Source: an uncultured Gemmatimonadota bacterium (GTDB taxonomy: Bacteria > JAAXHH01). From it: 64,000 bases of DNA. Below, piece after piece: positions 28,448-38,791 of the stretch. The translations under genes and the position numbers were made by a program. Positions within the stretch are counted from its first letter, which is position 1, and each line of letters begins with the position of its first letter. The notes under the pieces are model-generated. The model was not told the origin of the DNA. It did no database searches and saw only the letters and a list, made by a program, of their open reading frames with translations. Location of the stretch: contig OX638340.1 of assembly GCA_951812955.1 (NCBI GenBank), positions 2,592,001 to 2,656,000 of the forward strand, given 5' to 3'.

Positions 28448-28539
28448 GTCAAGCGTTTTATGGCTGCGCCGGACGGGGTCGCGGGACTTCTGCGTCAAGC
28501 GTTTTGTGGCTGCGCCGGATGAGGTTGCGAAGTCCCTGC
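28448..28539. repeat. 46-bp tandem direct repeat (2 copies) in the divergent cyclophilin/TonB intergenic region
   Basis: Copy 1 is 'gtcaagcgttttatggctgcgccggacggggtcgcgggacttctgc'. Copy 2 is 'gtcaagcgttttgtggctgcgccggatgaggttgcgaagtccctgc'. Confidence 0.8.
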
Positions 28540-28654
28540 GATACAGCCAAAGACCTTGACAGCACACCCCGCGCGGTGGAACTTATGACCATTGACAGCG
28601 ACGCAAGTTTCCTGCCGGACCGGCCTCCGTGACCGGTCTCCGAGTAGAACTACC

Positions 28655-29521
28655 ATGAACGGTGAATTCGGACAAATCGCGTACCGGGTCGGACGCTTCC
28701 TGGAAAGACTCGAAGCCGATGAACTGGTGCCCCACCCCCTTAAGAGATTCTCGCGTCGTTTTCTGGGCGCCGGAATCTGGTGCGCCGCCTTCGTGCATTT
28801 TTTCGTGGTCGGCGGGGTCTACCTCTACAACGAGATCGAATTCGAACCCATGGTGGAAATCGAGATCATGCCCTATCCCGATCACTTGATCGACCTCATC
28901 GATCCGAGCAGGCTGCTCACATCGGAGCGGGGCGGCGGCCGTCCCGGCCGGCTCGAGCCGCCGGAGGATCCCGGGGACGATATCATGAGCAAGGGCGTGC
29001 CCGTTCCCGTGGTCGTGGGGATACCCGAACCGATAGACGACAGCCTGATCGCCGAGGAGCACGAGATCGCTTCCCAGGAAGAGATGGAAAGTGCCGTGGC
29101 CGTCGCCATGGAAACCGAGGATGAAGTGGGAGACGAGGCAGGGATGGGAGGAGCGGGCTCGGAAGGCGGCGTCGAAGGGGGAAGCGGGACTGGTGGTACC
29201 GGCGGCCTGGGCGAGGGGGGCGATGGTACCTGGAAATACGACACGCCGCCCATTCCCCGGCGCCTCAACATGAGTATTTCCCGGAAGGAGATCCCGCGGA
29301 ATCTGCGCAAAGTAAAGGAGAGCATCGTCCGGTTCGAGTTGCTGATCGATGAACGGGGCAAGGTCGTGGATGCCGCCATGATCGAATCGACCGGATATGC
29401 CGAGATCGACGATCTGCTCCTTCGGAAGATATTCGCTTCCCTGTATCATCCCGCCACCTTGAAACAGCAGCCGGTCAAGGCGTGGATCGCCGTGGGCTAC
29501 GGCTACAAGGTAGGCAGATAG
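28655..29521 (+). CDS. TonB family energy transducer
   Basis: N-terminal transmembrane helix, Pro-rich spacer ('VPVPVVVGIPEP'), acidic/Gly-rich linker and a C-terminal TonB_C-like domain. Start at 'MNGEFGQ'. Confidence 0.7.
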   Translation: MNGEFGQIAYRVGRFLERLEADELVPHPLKRFSRRFLGAGIWCAAFVHFFVVGGVYLYNEIEFEPMVEIEIMPYPDHLIDLIDPSRLLTSERGGGRPGRLEPPEDPGDDIMSKGVPVPVVVGIPEPIDDSLIAEEHEIASQEEMESAVAVAMETEDEVGDEAGMGGAGSEGGVEGGSGTGGTGGLGEGGDGTWKYDTPPIPRRLNMSISRKEIPRNLRKVKESIVRFELLIDERGKVVDAAMIESTGYAEIDDLLLRKIFASLYHPATLKQQPVKAWIAVGYGYKVGR

Positions 29522-29575
29522 ACTCGCTTCCCGCCGGCGGCCAAGCCCCGGCAGGACCAGGCGGACCAGGATTCC

Positions 29576-30799
<1,224 letters not shown>

Positions 30800-30897
30800 G
30801 CCCGATAACCACGTGCCCCGAAAACTGCGCGGCAGGGCAACTGTGCGGCATATCAGGATTGCAACGAAAGGAACGGCGTCCGGGATCCGGAGGAGAC

Positions 30898-32277
30898 TCA
30901 GGCTTTCCGGAACCAGATCAGGTACACGACGGCGCCCAGCCCGAGGCATCCCAGTCCGGGCAGCGCCTGCAGGAAGTTCTGGGTGACAACCGTCACCACC
31001 ACCCACGCAACCACCACCAGGAACAGGATCGGTACGTAGGGGTAGCCAGGAACCTTATAGGGCCTCCGGGCGTCCGGGAACTTGCGCCGAAGCACGATGA
31101 GGGCGAGGACGTTGAGCCCGTAGTAGAGGTAGACGATGTAGACGAAGGCGTTGATGATAGACTGAAAGTCGCCCAGGAAGGTCCACACGAAACCCATGAC
31201 CGACATGGCAACGATGGCGCGGGATGGCGTCCGGTACCGTGGATGCACGTGGGTGAACCACTTGAAGAACAACCCCGCCCTCGCCATGGCGTAGGGGATC
31301 CGGGGCGTGATGATCATGGTGCCGTTCATGGTTCCGAAGGTCGAGATCATGACGGCCGCCGAAATCAGCGACGCCCCCACGGGACCGATCAGCCTGCTGG
31401 CCGCGTCGGCCGCCACGCGCTCGGAAGCCGCGATTTCGCCGATGCTCAGGACGTAGAGGTAGGACCAGTTGACCGCAAGATATACGAGGGTACAGAGTCC
31501 GAGACCGAAGAAGATCACCCGGGGCAGGATACGCTGCGGATCCTTCACTTCCCCCACGACCATGTTGGTGTTGACCCAGCCCTGATAGGCGAATAGCCCA
31601 CCGATCATCGCGGGCCCCAGCACTGTAAGGATGCTCGTGTCGAGATCCGGAGGAACCAGTGGTTCGAAATGGCTGACGTTCCCGCCGATCCAGGCTGCCA
31701 GCAGCGCCAGGCCGACCAGGGCGGTCACCTTGGCGAAGGTGGTCAGGTTCATTAGGAGGCCGCCGAAACGGACGCCCACATAGTTGACGAAACAGAGGAA
31801 CAGGATCAATGCCCAGACGGCGACCTGCTGGGAAGAGATGGCGAGGGGCCCCAGCGAAAATACGGTGATGTGAGACGAAATCTCCGGGATGAAATAGCCC
31901 ATGTAGCTGGTGCAGATGGCGCCGATGGCGGCCATGCCGGCGCTCTGCAGCAGGATGAACTCCACCCAACCGTAGAGGAAGGCCACGATCGGTGGAAAGG
32001 CTTCCTTGAGGTAGACGAACTGCCCGCCACTTCGGGGCATCATGGTACCGAGTTCGGCGAAGCACAGGGCCCCCGCGAAACCCAATGCCCCACCCAGAAT
32101 CCATACCAGCAGGAAAAGACCGGGGTTGCCGAGTTGCTGGGCGATGCCCGCCGGCGCGCCGAAGATTCCGGACCCGATGATGCCGCCGACGATAATGGTC
32201 GTGGCGGATACGACGCCCAGATCGCGCCTGAGTTCGGTTTCGAGTTGGAAGGGACTGGAAGTGTGACCGGTTTTCAC
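30898..32277 (-). CDS. APC superfamily amino-acid permease
   Basis: Twelve transmembrane helices. N-terminal 'GVVSATTIIVGGIIGSGIF' matches the amino-acid permease signature. Confidence 0.85.
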   Translation of the reverse strand: MKTGHTSSPFQLETELRRDLGVVSATTIIVGGIIGSGIFGAPAGIAQQLGNPGLFLLVWILGGALGFAGALCFAELGTMMPRSGGQFVYLKEAFPPIVAFLYGWVEFILLQSAGMAAIGAICTSYMGYFIPEISSHITVFSLGPLAISSQQVAVWALILFLCFVNYVGVRFGGLLMNLTTFAKVTALVGLALLAAWIGGNVSHFEPLVPPDLDTSILTVLGPAMIGGLFAYQGWVNTNMVVGEVKDPQRILPRVIFFGLGLCTLVYLAVNWSYLYVLSIGEIAASERVAADAASRLIGPVGASLISAAVMISTFGTMNGTMIITPRIPYAMARAGLFFKWFTHVHPRYRTPSRAIVAMSVMGFVWTFLGDFQSIINAFVYIVYLYYGLNVLALIVLRRKFPDARRPYKVPGYPYVPILFLVVVAWVVVTVVTQNFLQALPGLGCLGLGAVVYLIWFRKA

Positions 32278-32615
32278 TGGTGCGTATTCCGTGATGCGTC
32301 ATGCATCGTTCGAATCGTCAAAGTCCTCGCGTGCGTAACCGGGAGGCGGCAGCGTTGTAGGGTCCGGTGGTATACGAGCGGGTGCGTCCAGAGATAATAC
32401 CATGCAACGGGAGCGGCACGCCACCGTTTTATTCCCGGCGGTCACCGGGACCTGTTGTCGGGCGCACCCCAGGCAACGCTATCCGCAGGCATGAAATCAG
32501 GTCACCTTGGCGCTTGACAATCGTCCCGGCTGATATCTACCTTATGGCATGGCCGGCCGGGAGGATCACGGCTGTGCCGGACCGCCGATTTCCTACGGTC
32601 TATTCAGTCTCCGCA

Positions 32616-32641
32616 GGATACCCATACCGCGTATCCGGATA
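32616..32641. promoter_or_regulatory. Palindromic elements (GGATAC-N9-GTATCC overlapping the perfect 10-bp TATCCGGATA) in the divergent APC-permease/LacI-1 intergenic region
   Basis: Inverted repeats in a 500-bp divergent promoter region. A TTGACA -35-like hexamer lies about 100 bp upstream. Confidence 0.3.
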
Positions 32642-32779
32642 ACCAGACTTGACTTAGAGATTCCTTGCCATGAAACCCGCATATCGTAATCGGCCGGACT
32701 ACACACGTGTGCGCTTGAAGAAAAGGGCATTGATTCTTGCTGCCACCGCGAACCGCGCGCGGCCACAGGAGCCAGACCC

Positions 32780-33796
32780 GTGAGGAACCGGCCGGTCACC
32801 ATAAAGGACATCGCGCGGCACCTGGGCATTTCGTACTCCACGGTCTCCAGGGCGCTCTCTCCCCGCATGTCCCATCTAGTTAAAGAACAGACGCGCGTTC
32901 TTGTACGGCAGGCCGCGATAGACATGGATTATTCGCCCAATCTCATGGCTCAGGCTTTCGTGAAGGGTACAGAGGGAGTCCTGGGATTGTTGACCACCCG
33001 GCACGGGACGGAGTTCACCCGCAGGCAGATCAACCACCTGGTGCGGGCAGCCGCCGAATACGGTTACCAGGTGCTGATCGCGGCGGTTTCGGACCAAACA
33101 GCATCTTCTGTGGACAACGAACGGGTCGATCGGTTTATGCAACTGAAGTCCCGCGACGTGGACGGAATTCTGATCCAGGCGTTCGGCGAAGAGACCGGAT
33201 CGTCCCGGATCGTCCATGCCGCGGTCGGTGAACTGCCAGTGGCAACCGTAGGATACGCAGGGGACGGTATCGCAGGCGTTTCACTGAACCTGGCATCGGG
33301 CATGCAGGAGGTAACCGAGCATTTGATCGGACTCGGTCACGAACGGATTTGCTTTCTGGGTGAAGACTGGACTGGAGCGGACGGCCTGCGGTCGATTGGA
33401 AATGGATACCGCGACACGATGCGCAGGCATGGCCTGACGCCCCGTGTCACGCCCGTCGAATCCTCACGCGCCCGATCCGGTTACAACCTGGGCAAGGCAC
33501 TGCGCGACCGGTTTACGGCTTTCGCATGCTGCTGTGATTACACGGCCCTCGGCGTCTGCCGCGGACTGATCGAAACCGGTGTACGCGTTCCGGACGACGT
33601 CGCGGTAACGGGCTTCGGCGACTTCGAAGTGTCGGCTTACGTCAGCCCATCCCTGACAACGCTTACCATCCCCTACGAGGATGTGGCCGCCACGGCTGTA
33701 CGTGGCATCCTTCGACAACTCAAGGGCCACTCTGACTCCGGCCGAAGCATATTCAAACCCCGGCTTACCGTACGTGAATCCTGCGGCGCGGGATAA
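32780..33796 (+). CDS. LacI family transcriptional regulator (paralogue 1 of 3)
   Basis: HTH 'VTIKDIARHLGISYSTVSRALS' followed by a periplasmic-binding-protein-like sugar-binding fold. GTG start. Confidence 0.85.
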   Translation: MRNRPVTIKDIARHLGISYSTVSRALSPRMSHLVKEQTRVLVRQAAIDMDYSPNLMAQAFVKGTEGVLGLLTTRHGTEFTRRQINHLVRAAAEYGYQVLIAAVSDQTASSVDNERVDRFMQLKSRDVDGILIQAFGEETGSSRIVHAAVGELPVATVGYAGDGIAGVSLNLASGMQEVTEHLIGLGHERICFLGEDWTGADGLRSIGNGYRDTMRRHGLTPRVTPVESSRARSGYNLGKALRDRFTAFACCCDYTALGVCRGLIETGVRVPDDVAVTGFGDFEVSAYVSPSLTTLTIPYEDVAATAVRGILRQLKGHSDSGRSIFKPRLTVRESCGAG

Positions 33797-33965
33797 GATC
33801 ACACCGTTCCAAAAAAAGATTGACACGTGGCCCGCTCCGGGCCAAATTCGGTTTTGCAAACGTGTGTAATTACCCCATCAAACCAACTGAATGGGCGTCG
33901 GGTCCGGTCTGCTGGCGGAACGCGGGCCGCCTTGAACGCATTCGTGAGCCGGGGCGGAAGGAACG

Positions 33966-35006
33966 ATGAAAAAGAAGCGGGTGACCATCAAGGATCTTGC
34001 GAAAACGCTGGGAATCTCCCACTCCACGGTCTCTCGCGCCCTGTCCAGGAACAAGTCGCACATGGTAAGCGAGGAAACCCGCAGGCGGGTAGAACAGGTT
34101 GCCGAGGAGTTTTCCTACCGGCCCAACCTGCTGGCCAAGGGGTTTTCCACGGGAAGGACGGGAACACTGGGCCTGCTGGCCAGCGAGTGCCACGAGGAGC
34201 AGTCCGGCGCACAGATCGAGAGTTTTCTCAAGGCCGCGGACGAATGGAACTACCGGCTCCTGGTGGGCATATCCGCCGAATGGGATTCCTCGTCCCCGGA
34301 ATTCGGCCAGGCGGCGCAGATGGAGCAGTTCGTATCGAGGGGCATAGACGGGCTTCTGCTCCAGACCTTAGGCGACGAGGGAGAGTCGGAGCGCATCCGG
34401 AGCGTGGTCGACGGCCGGGTACCCGTGGTGACTCTAAACTATCCCGCCCCGGGCTTCCCGGGCGTGGTTCTGGATTTCGCGACGGGATTCTACCGGGCGA
34501 CCGAGCACCTGATCGCGCTGGGTCACGAACGCATAGGATTCCTCGGCGATACATGGGACGGGTCCGGTCAGGATGCTGCCCGGGGCAGGGGGTATTTCGA
34601 CGCCATGAATGAACACGGCCTCCACCCCGAAGGACTGCCCGTAGGCCGCCATCAGACGGAATCCGGCTATCGGCTGTCCAGGGAGATAAAAGACCGGTTC
34701 TCCGCCCTCCTTTGCTGCAGTGACTACACGGCCATCGGCGTATACCGCGGCCTGGCCGAATTGGGGATCCGCGTACCTGAAGACGTGGCCGTCGTGGGCA
34801 GTGGCGATTCGGACGTCTCGGCTTTCGTGACACCCGCGCTCACCACGCAGTCGACACCAACCAGAGGAATCGCAAATGCGGCGATGGAACTGATGAAGAA
34901 GATAATCGAAGGCCAGGAGGTGGCGTGCCAGGTCGTTCTTTCGTCCAACCTGATCGTAAGGGAATCCTGTGGATCGGCGTTCATGGACCGCTCCAGGATA
35001 CCGTAG
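33966..35006 (+). CDS. LacI family transcriptional regulator (paralogue 2 of 3)
   Basis: HTH 'VTIKDLAKTLGISHSTVSRALS'. Shares the same architecture, with clear sequence similarity to paralogues 1 and 3. Confidence 0.85.
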   Translation: MKKKRVTIKDLAKTLGISHSTVSRALSRNKSHMVSEETRRRVEQVAEEFSYRPNLLAKGFSTGRTGTLGLLASECHEEQSGAQIESFLKAADEWNYRLLVGISAEWDSSSPEFGQAAQMEQFVSRGIDGLLLQTLGDEGESERIRSVVDGRVPVVTLNYPAPGFPGVVLDFATGFYRATEHLIALGHERIGFLGDTWDGSGQDAARGRGYFDAMNEHGLHPEGLPVGRHQTESGYRLSREIKDRFSALLCCSDYTAIGVYRGLAELGIRVPEDVAVVGSGDSDVSAFVTPALTTQSTPTRGIANAAMELMKKIIEGQEVACQVVLSSNLIVRESCGSAFMDRSRIP

Positions 35007-35367
35007 CGAACCGCACCGAACCGCACCGAACCACGTGATTGGCATCCGGTTTACGTAGGCTTCTGAGTCCGTTTCGCGATTCACCGGCATGGTTCCGCGC
35101 GGGGTCCCCCGCCTTCCGCAACCGCCCTCGATCCGCGGTCTCAACTTCCTTGACACGAGACCGCCTCATTCTATCTTAAATGATGTTACAAATCTCTGCC
35201 GTCGTACTGATTCGAGAACGACGCCACAGGGTCCCAACCAGCGCGACTCACGTCCTGACTTGATTGTTCTGAACTCCTTCGGGATCAGGGATCGGTTCGA
35301 CCGGCCCCTTGCCGCGTTGGATAGCTGCCGATGTCATTTCGGCCCCACAGGTAGACCGGATCGGTCC

Positions 35368-36390
35368 ATGAGAGTCAAGCAGGTTACCATCAAAGACATC
35401 GCCCAGCGGCTGGGTATTTCCCATTCCACGGTTTCGCGGGCTCTATCCAACAGCGCGGCTTACCTCGTCAACGAGAAGACCCGGATGCTCGTGAAGCAGA
35501 CCGCGGACGAGATGCAATATACTCCCAATCTGATGGCGCAGGGATTCGTAACCGGCAAGACGGGTACGCTGGGTTTGCTCACCTACCAGATTTCACTTGA
35601 AACGTACGGAAACCAGACCGAACAGATTCTCAGAGCGGCGGAAAATCAGCATTATCAACTGCTGATGGGCATGGCCGTAAGCCGGACTTCCAGGTCTTCC
35701 CAGGACGACCAGCGTACGCAGATCAGGCAGTTGATTTCAAGGGGCGTGGATGGACTCCTGATCAACACGCGGGGCGACAGGGAGGAATCGGATCGGATTA
35801 TCGAAGCGGTGCGGGACCGCATTCCAGTGGTGACGTATCATTATCCAACGGATCACATCAGTGGCGTCGTGCTGGACCTCGAGTCGGATTTCTATCAGGC
35901 GACGAAACACCTGATCGAATTGGGACACCGCAGGATCGGTTTCATCGGCCGGGTCATGGACGCGGAAAGTCCGGTGTCGTCCAAAGGGAGAGGGTACTTC
36001 AGGGCGATGAGAGACCACGACATGCCCCACGAGATCATTCCACCCCTGGGTATCCGGGGCGAGGGCGGCTACATCCAGGGCCAGAACCTGCGAGACCGGT
36101 TCACCGCGCTGGTGTGCAGGGATGACTACACGGCCATCGGCGTATGCCGCGGCCTGCGCGATGCGGGACTTCTAATACCGGAAGACGTGGCCGTGGTGGG
36201 CTTTGGAGATATCGACGTATCGGCCTACCTGTCGCCCGCGCTGACCACGATGGCCGTCCCTTACGAGGAAATAGCCCGGTCGGCGATGGAGCTGTTGCTG
36301 CGAAAGATCGGCGGAGAAGACACGACAGATCGGGCAACGCTCCGCTCCCGCCTCATCATACGCGAGTCCTGCGGTGGATACAGGGAATAA
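35368..36390 (+). CDS. LacI family transcriptional regulator (paralogue 3 of 3)
   Basis: HTH 'VTIKDIAQRLGISHSTVSRALS'. Start set at the ATG at 35368. The ORF as called from 35089 has an unsupported N-terminal extension. Confidence 0.85.
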   Translation: MRVKQVTIKDIAQRLGISHSTVSRALSNSAAYLVNEKTRMLVKQTADEMQYTPNLMAQGFVTGKTGTLGLLTYQISLETYGNQTEQILRAAENQHYQLLMGMAVSRTSRSSQDDQRTQIRQLISRGVDGLLINTRGDREESDRIIEAVRDRIPVVTYHYPTDHISGVVLDLESDFYQATKHLIELGHRRIGFIGRVMDAESPVSSKGRGYFRAMRDHDMPHEIIPPLGIRGEGGYIQGQNLRDRFTALVCRDDYTAIGVCRGLRDAGLLIPEDVAVVGFGDIDVSAYLSPALTTMAVPYEEIARSAMELLLRKIGGEDTTDRATLRSRLIIRESCGGYRE

Positions 36391-36461
36391 GCCTTTTCCC
36401 ACCCTCTCGGAAACATCCCCTACAAAACAACCGCGATGGTCCGTGGCGCAATGCGGAAGGC

Positions 36462-37310
36462 CTATTCCCAGCGGTCCAGGCCCAGCAGCCGGCGTCCCAG
36501 GGCGGTGAGGCGCGCGGGACCGCTTCGTCGTTCGACGCCGCGCGGATCTCCCGGGAAAACTTCCGGATGCAAGCGGTTTCTCCAGAGCGAGATGCGGTGT
36601 TGCCGATGGTTTTCGTCATCTTCCTGGTTGGGCTTGGCGGAAATGTACTGGCACCAGCGCGGCCTGTCGGAAGTGTTGCGGCTGTTCCCGTGGGGCAGCA
36701 GACTGTGCCAGATGAGCAGGTCGCCGGCCTTTCCGGGAATCGCGGCAGGTTCCAGGCCCGTCATGTCCGGTCGCATGGGATCCCGGTCGGAAGGCTGGGT
36801 CTTCACCCATTCGAAAAACCGTTTGTGAAACCCCGGGACGCACTGGAAGCCGCCCTGGTTCTCCGCCGTATCGGTGAGGTACAGCACGCCCTGTACATTG
36901 AGCGCTTCGGGATGGGCCGTCGTGTCGATGTCCCAGTGTATCAGCGGCTCGTTGAAACCGTGCGGCCTGCTTTCCCGCTCCGGCGGCGTCATGTTGGTCC
37001 GGTCGATGCTCACCCACAGTTTCTCGTCGTCCCAAAGACGCTTGAAGGCCTCGTATACCCGGGGATACTGCCGGTTGTCCCACATCGCCTGGTGATGGTA
37101 CATTTCGACGAAACCGAGACGGCGCGGCGGACCTTCATACCATGTCTCCGGATCGCGTGGGTCCAGTTCCAGGAATGCGGCGATCGCCGATATCGTGGCC
37201 TCGAGATGCGATTCGGGTACAGCCCGGGGAATGATCACGTAGCCGTTTTCGTCCCAGCAGGTTTGCTGTTCATCGTTAAGCAACGCATTCCCCCGGTGTA
37301 ACGCATACAC
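36462..37310 (-). CDS. Phytanoyl-CoA dioxygenase (PhyH) family Fe(II)/2-oxoglutarate oxygenase
   Basis: PhyH-like His and Asp/Glu residues in a jelly-roll fold ('HWDID', 'IWHSLLPHGNSRN'). Confidence 0.7.
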   Translation of the reverse strand: MYALHRGNALLNDEQQTCWDENGYVIIPRAVPESHLEATISAIAAFLELDPRDPETWYEGPPRRLGFVEMYHHQAMWDNRQYPRVYEAFKRLWDDEKLWVSIDRTNMTPPERESRPHGFNEPLIHWDIDTTAHPEALNVQGVLYLTDTAENQGGFQCVPGFHKRFFEWVKTQPSDRDPMRPDMTGLEPAAIPGKAGDLLIWHSLLPHGNSRNTSDRPRWCQYISAKPNQEDDENHRQHRISLWRNRLHPEVFPGDPRGVERRSGPARLTALGRRLLGLDRWE

Positions 37311-37339
37311 ACTGGTGAATCGAATCGTCGTGCGGCCAT

Positions 37340-37438
37340 AGCGCTCAGATCAAGGGTTCGATGGGCATTTCGCACCGCGTTTCGGCCGGAGCGCTCAGAT
37401 CAAGGGTTCGATGGGCACTTCGCGGCCCGTTTCCGCGG
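37340..37438. repeat. About 49-bp direct duplication of the 3' end of the Gfo/Idh/MocA gene
   Basis: 'agcgctcagatcaagggttcgatgggca(t/c)ttcgc...' is present twice, 50 bp apart. The second copy encodes the C-terminus 'EPLI*' of the gene. Confidence 0.8.
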
Positions 37439-38444
37439 ATCGGTAAATGCCGTTCAGAATCTGTTGCACAAGAAGGCCGTGCTCGCCCGGCGCTTCGGAC
37501 GGTTTACGGGTCCTCACGCAATCGATGTAATGTTCCATCTTGTAGCGGAAACCATTCAAATCGGGAAGATAATCCGGCGTCATGTTGACCATGGTGCCGG
37601 ACTGGTCCTTGAATACCCGGGGCGGACTGAACTCGCCGCCGGCCTTCTCTCCCATGAGGGAGAAGGTCCATTCGCCCTTGCCGATATGGGCCGCGAAAGA
37701 CGCTTCCACAGAGAGCGTGGCGCCGTTGTCGAACCTGATCATTCCCACCGCCAGGTCCTCGACCGAGTAGGTTTCGTGATCCCATTCGGGCCACATGGAA
37801 ACCGTGTCGCTGGGCCGGTCTCCCAGGTAGGTGTAGGCGCTCCCGAAGGCGCTGACGGGTTGCGGCGATCCCATGAGATAGTGAGCCGCTTCAATCATGT
37901 GCACGCCGATATCGATCAACGCGCCCCCGCCCTGAAGGTCTTTGCGGCCGAATACGCCCCAGTTCGGAATTCCCCGGCGGCGCAGGGCAAGGCATCGTCC
38001 GTACAGGATCCTGCCGAATTCTCCACGGTCGATGAAGCGCTTGAGCATCTGCGCCTCGGGCGCGAACCGGTGTTGAAATCCGATCACCAGGATGCGGTCC
38101 GTATCCCGGCTCGCTTTAACCATTCCCGCGGCCTCTTCCGCCGTAATGGCCATGGGTTTTTCCACAAGGACGTCTTTACCGGCCCGGAGCGCGTCGATGG
38201 TCGGTTCGTAATGGGCGCTGTTCGGCGTGCCCACGGTGACCGCGTCGATCGAATCCATCTCCAGCAGTTCCCGGTAGTCCTTGAAACAGTGTGAGATGCC
38301 GTACATATCCCGGCAGGTTTCCAGGGCGGCATCGCTGATGTCGGCGACCGCCGCAAGCTCCACGTCTTCCAACTCGGACAGGTACTTCATATGCTCCCGG
38401 GCGATACCGCCCCCACCGATGAAACCCACCTTCGTTCTACGCAC
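37395..38444 (-). CDS. Gfo/Idh/MocA family NAD(P)-dependent oxidoreductase
   Basis: N-terminal Rossmann motif 'KVGFIGGGGIAREH'. 'VLVEKPMA' is a characteristic GFO_IDH_MocA segment. Confidence 0.85.
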   Translation of the reverse strand: MRRTKVGFIGGGGIAREHMKYLSELEDVELAAVADISDAALETCRDMYGISHCFKDYRELLEMDSIDAVTVGTPNSAHYEPTIDALRAGKDVLVEKPMAITAEEAAGMVKASRDTDRILVIGFQHRFAPEAQMLKRFIDRGEFGRILYGRCLALRRRGIPNWGVFGRKDLQGGGALIDIGVHMIEAAHYLMGSPQPVSAFGSAYTYLGDRPSDTVSMWPEWDHETYSVEDLAVGMIRFDNGATLSVEASFAAHIGKGEWTFSLMGEKAGGEFSPPRVFKDQSGTMVNMTPDYLPDLNGFRYKMEHYIDCVRTRKPSEAPGEHGLLVQQILNGIYRSAETGREVPIEPLI

Positions 38445-38791
38445 GCTCCCATCCTTTCTTCATCCCGCCTCCATCGTTTCGTATTTCCCGGCAGGCTCAT
38501 TTCGCCAACGATCGAATCGATAAGGGGAACTGATTCATATGGTTATGTATTCTATATATTAGACACGCATCATGCGCCGTGCCGCGCGGTCGAAGCGGTG
38601 ACCTCCCGTTCGCCGCCGTTCGGTCATTCCCGGGCGGTGCGGATGCAAATAATACTTTTGCCGGTCAACGATATGCAAATATATTGCTTGATAAATCCCG
38701 ACACAACTGTATCAACGCACCGTGGCAGGCTAATTCGATCTAGGTGCGCGCCGGCTATGCGGTGTGCCACCTTGCGCGCAGTGGAGGTTCG

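Noticed and set aside
33797-33965. Possible sigma70 promoter (TTGACA at about 33827) and LacI-type operator ('tttgcaaacgtgtgtaa') upstream of LacI paralogue 2
   Set aside because: The -10 element is poor, and the operator is only a half-palindrome. It is too weak to annotate without comparative or experimental support.
37340-37438. T-loop-like 'gggttcgatggg' suggesting a tRNA at the MocA gene 3' end
   Set aside because: No cloverleaf stems (acceptor or anticodon) can be formed. The sequence is the duplicated coding 3' end of the oxidoreductase gene.
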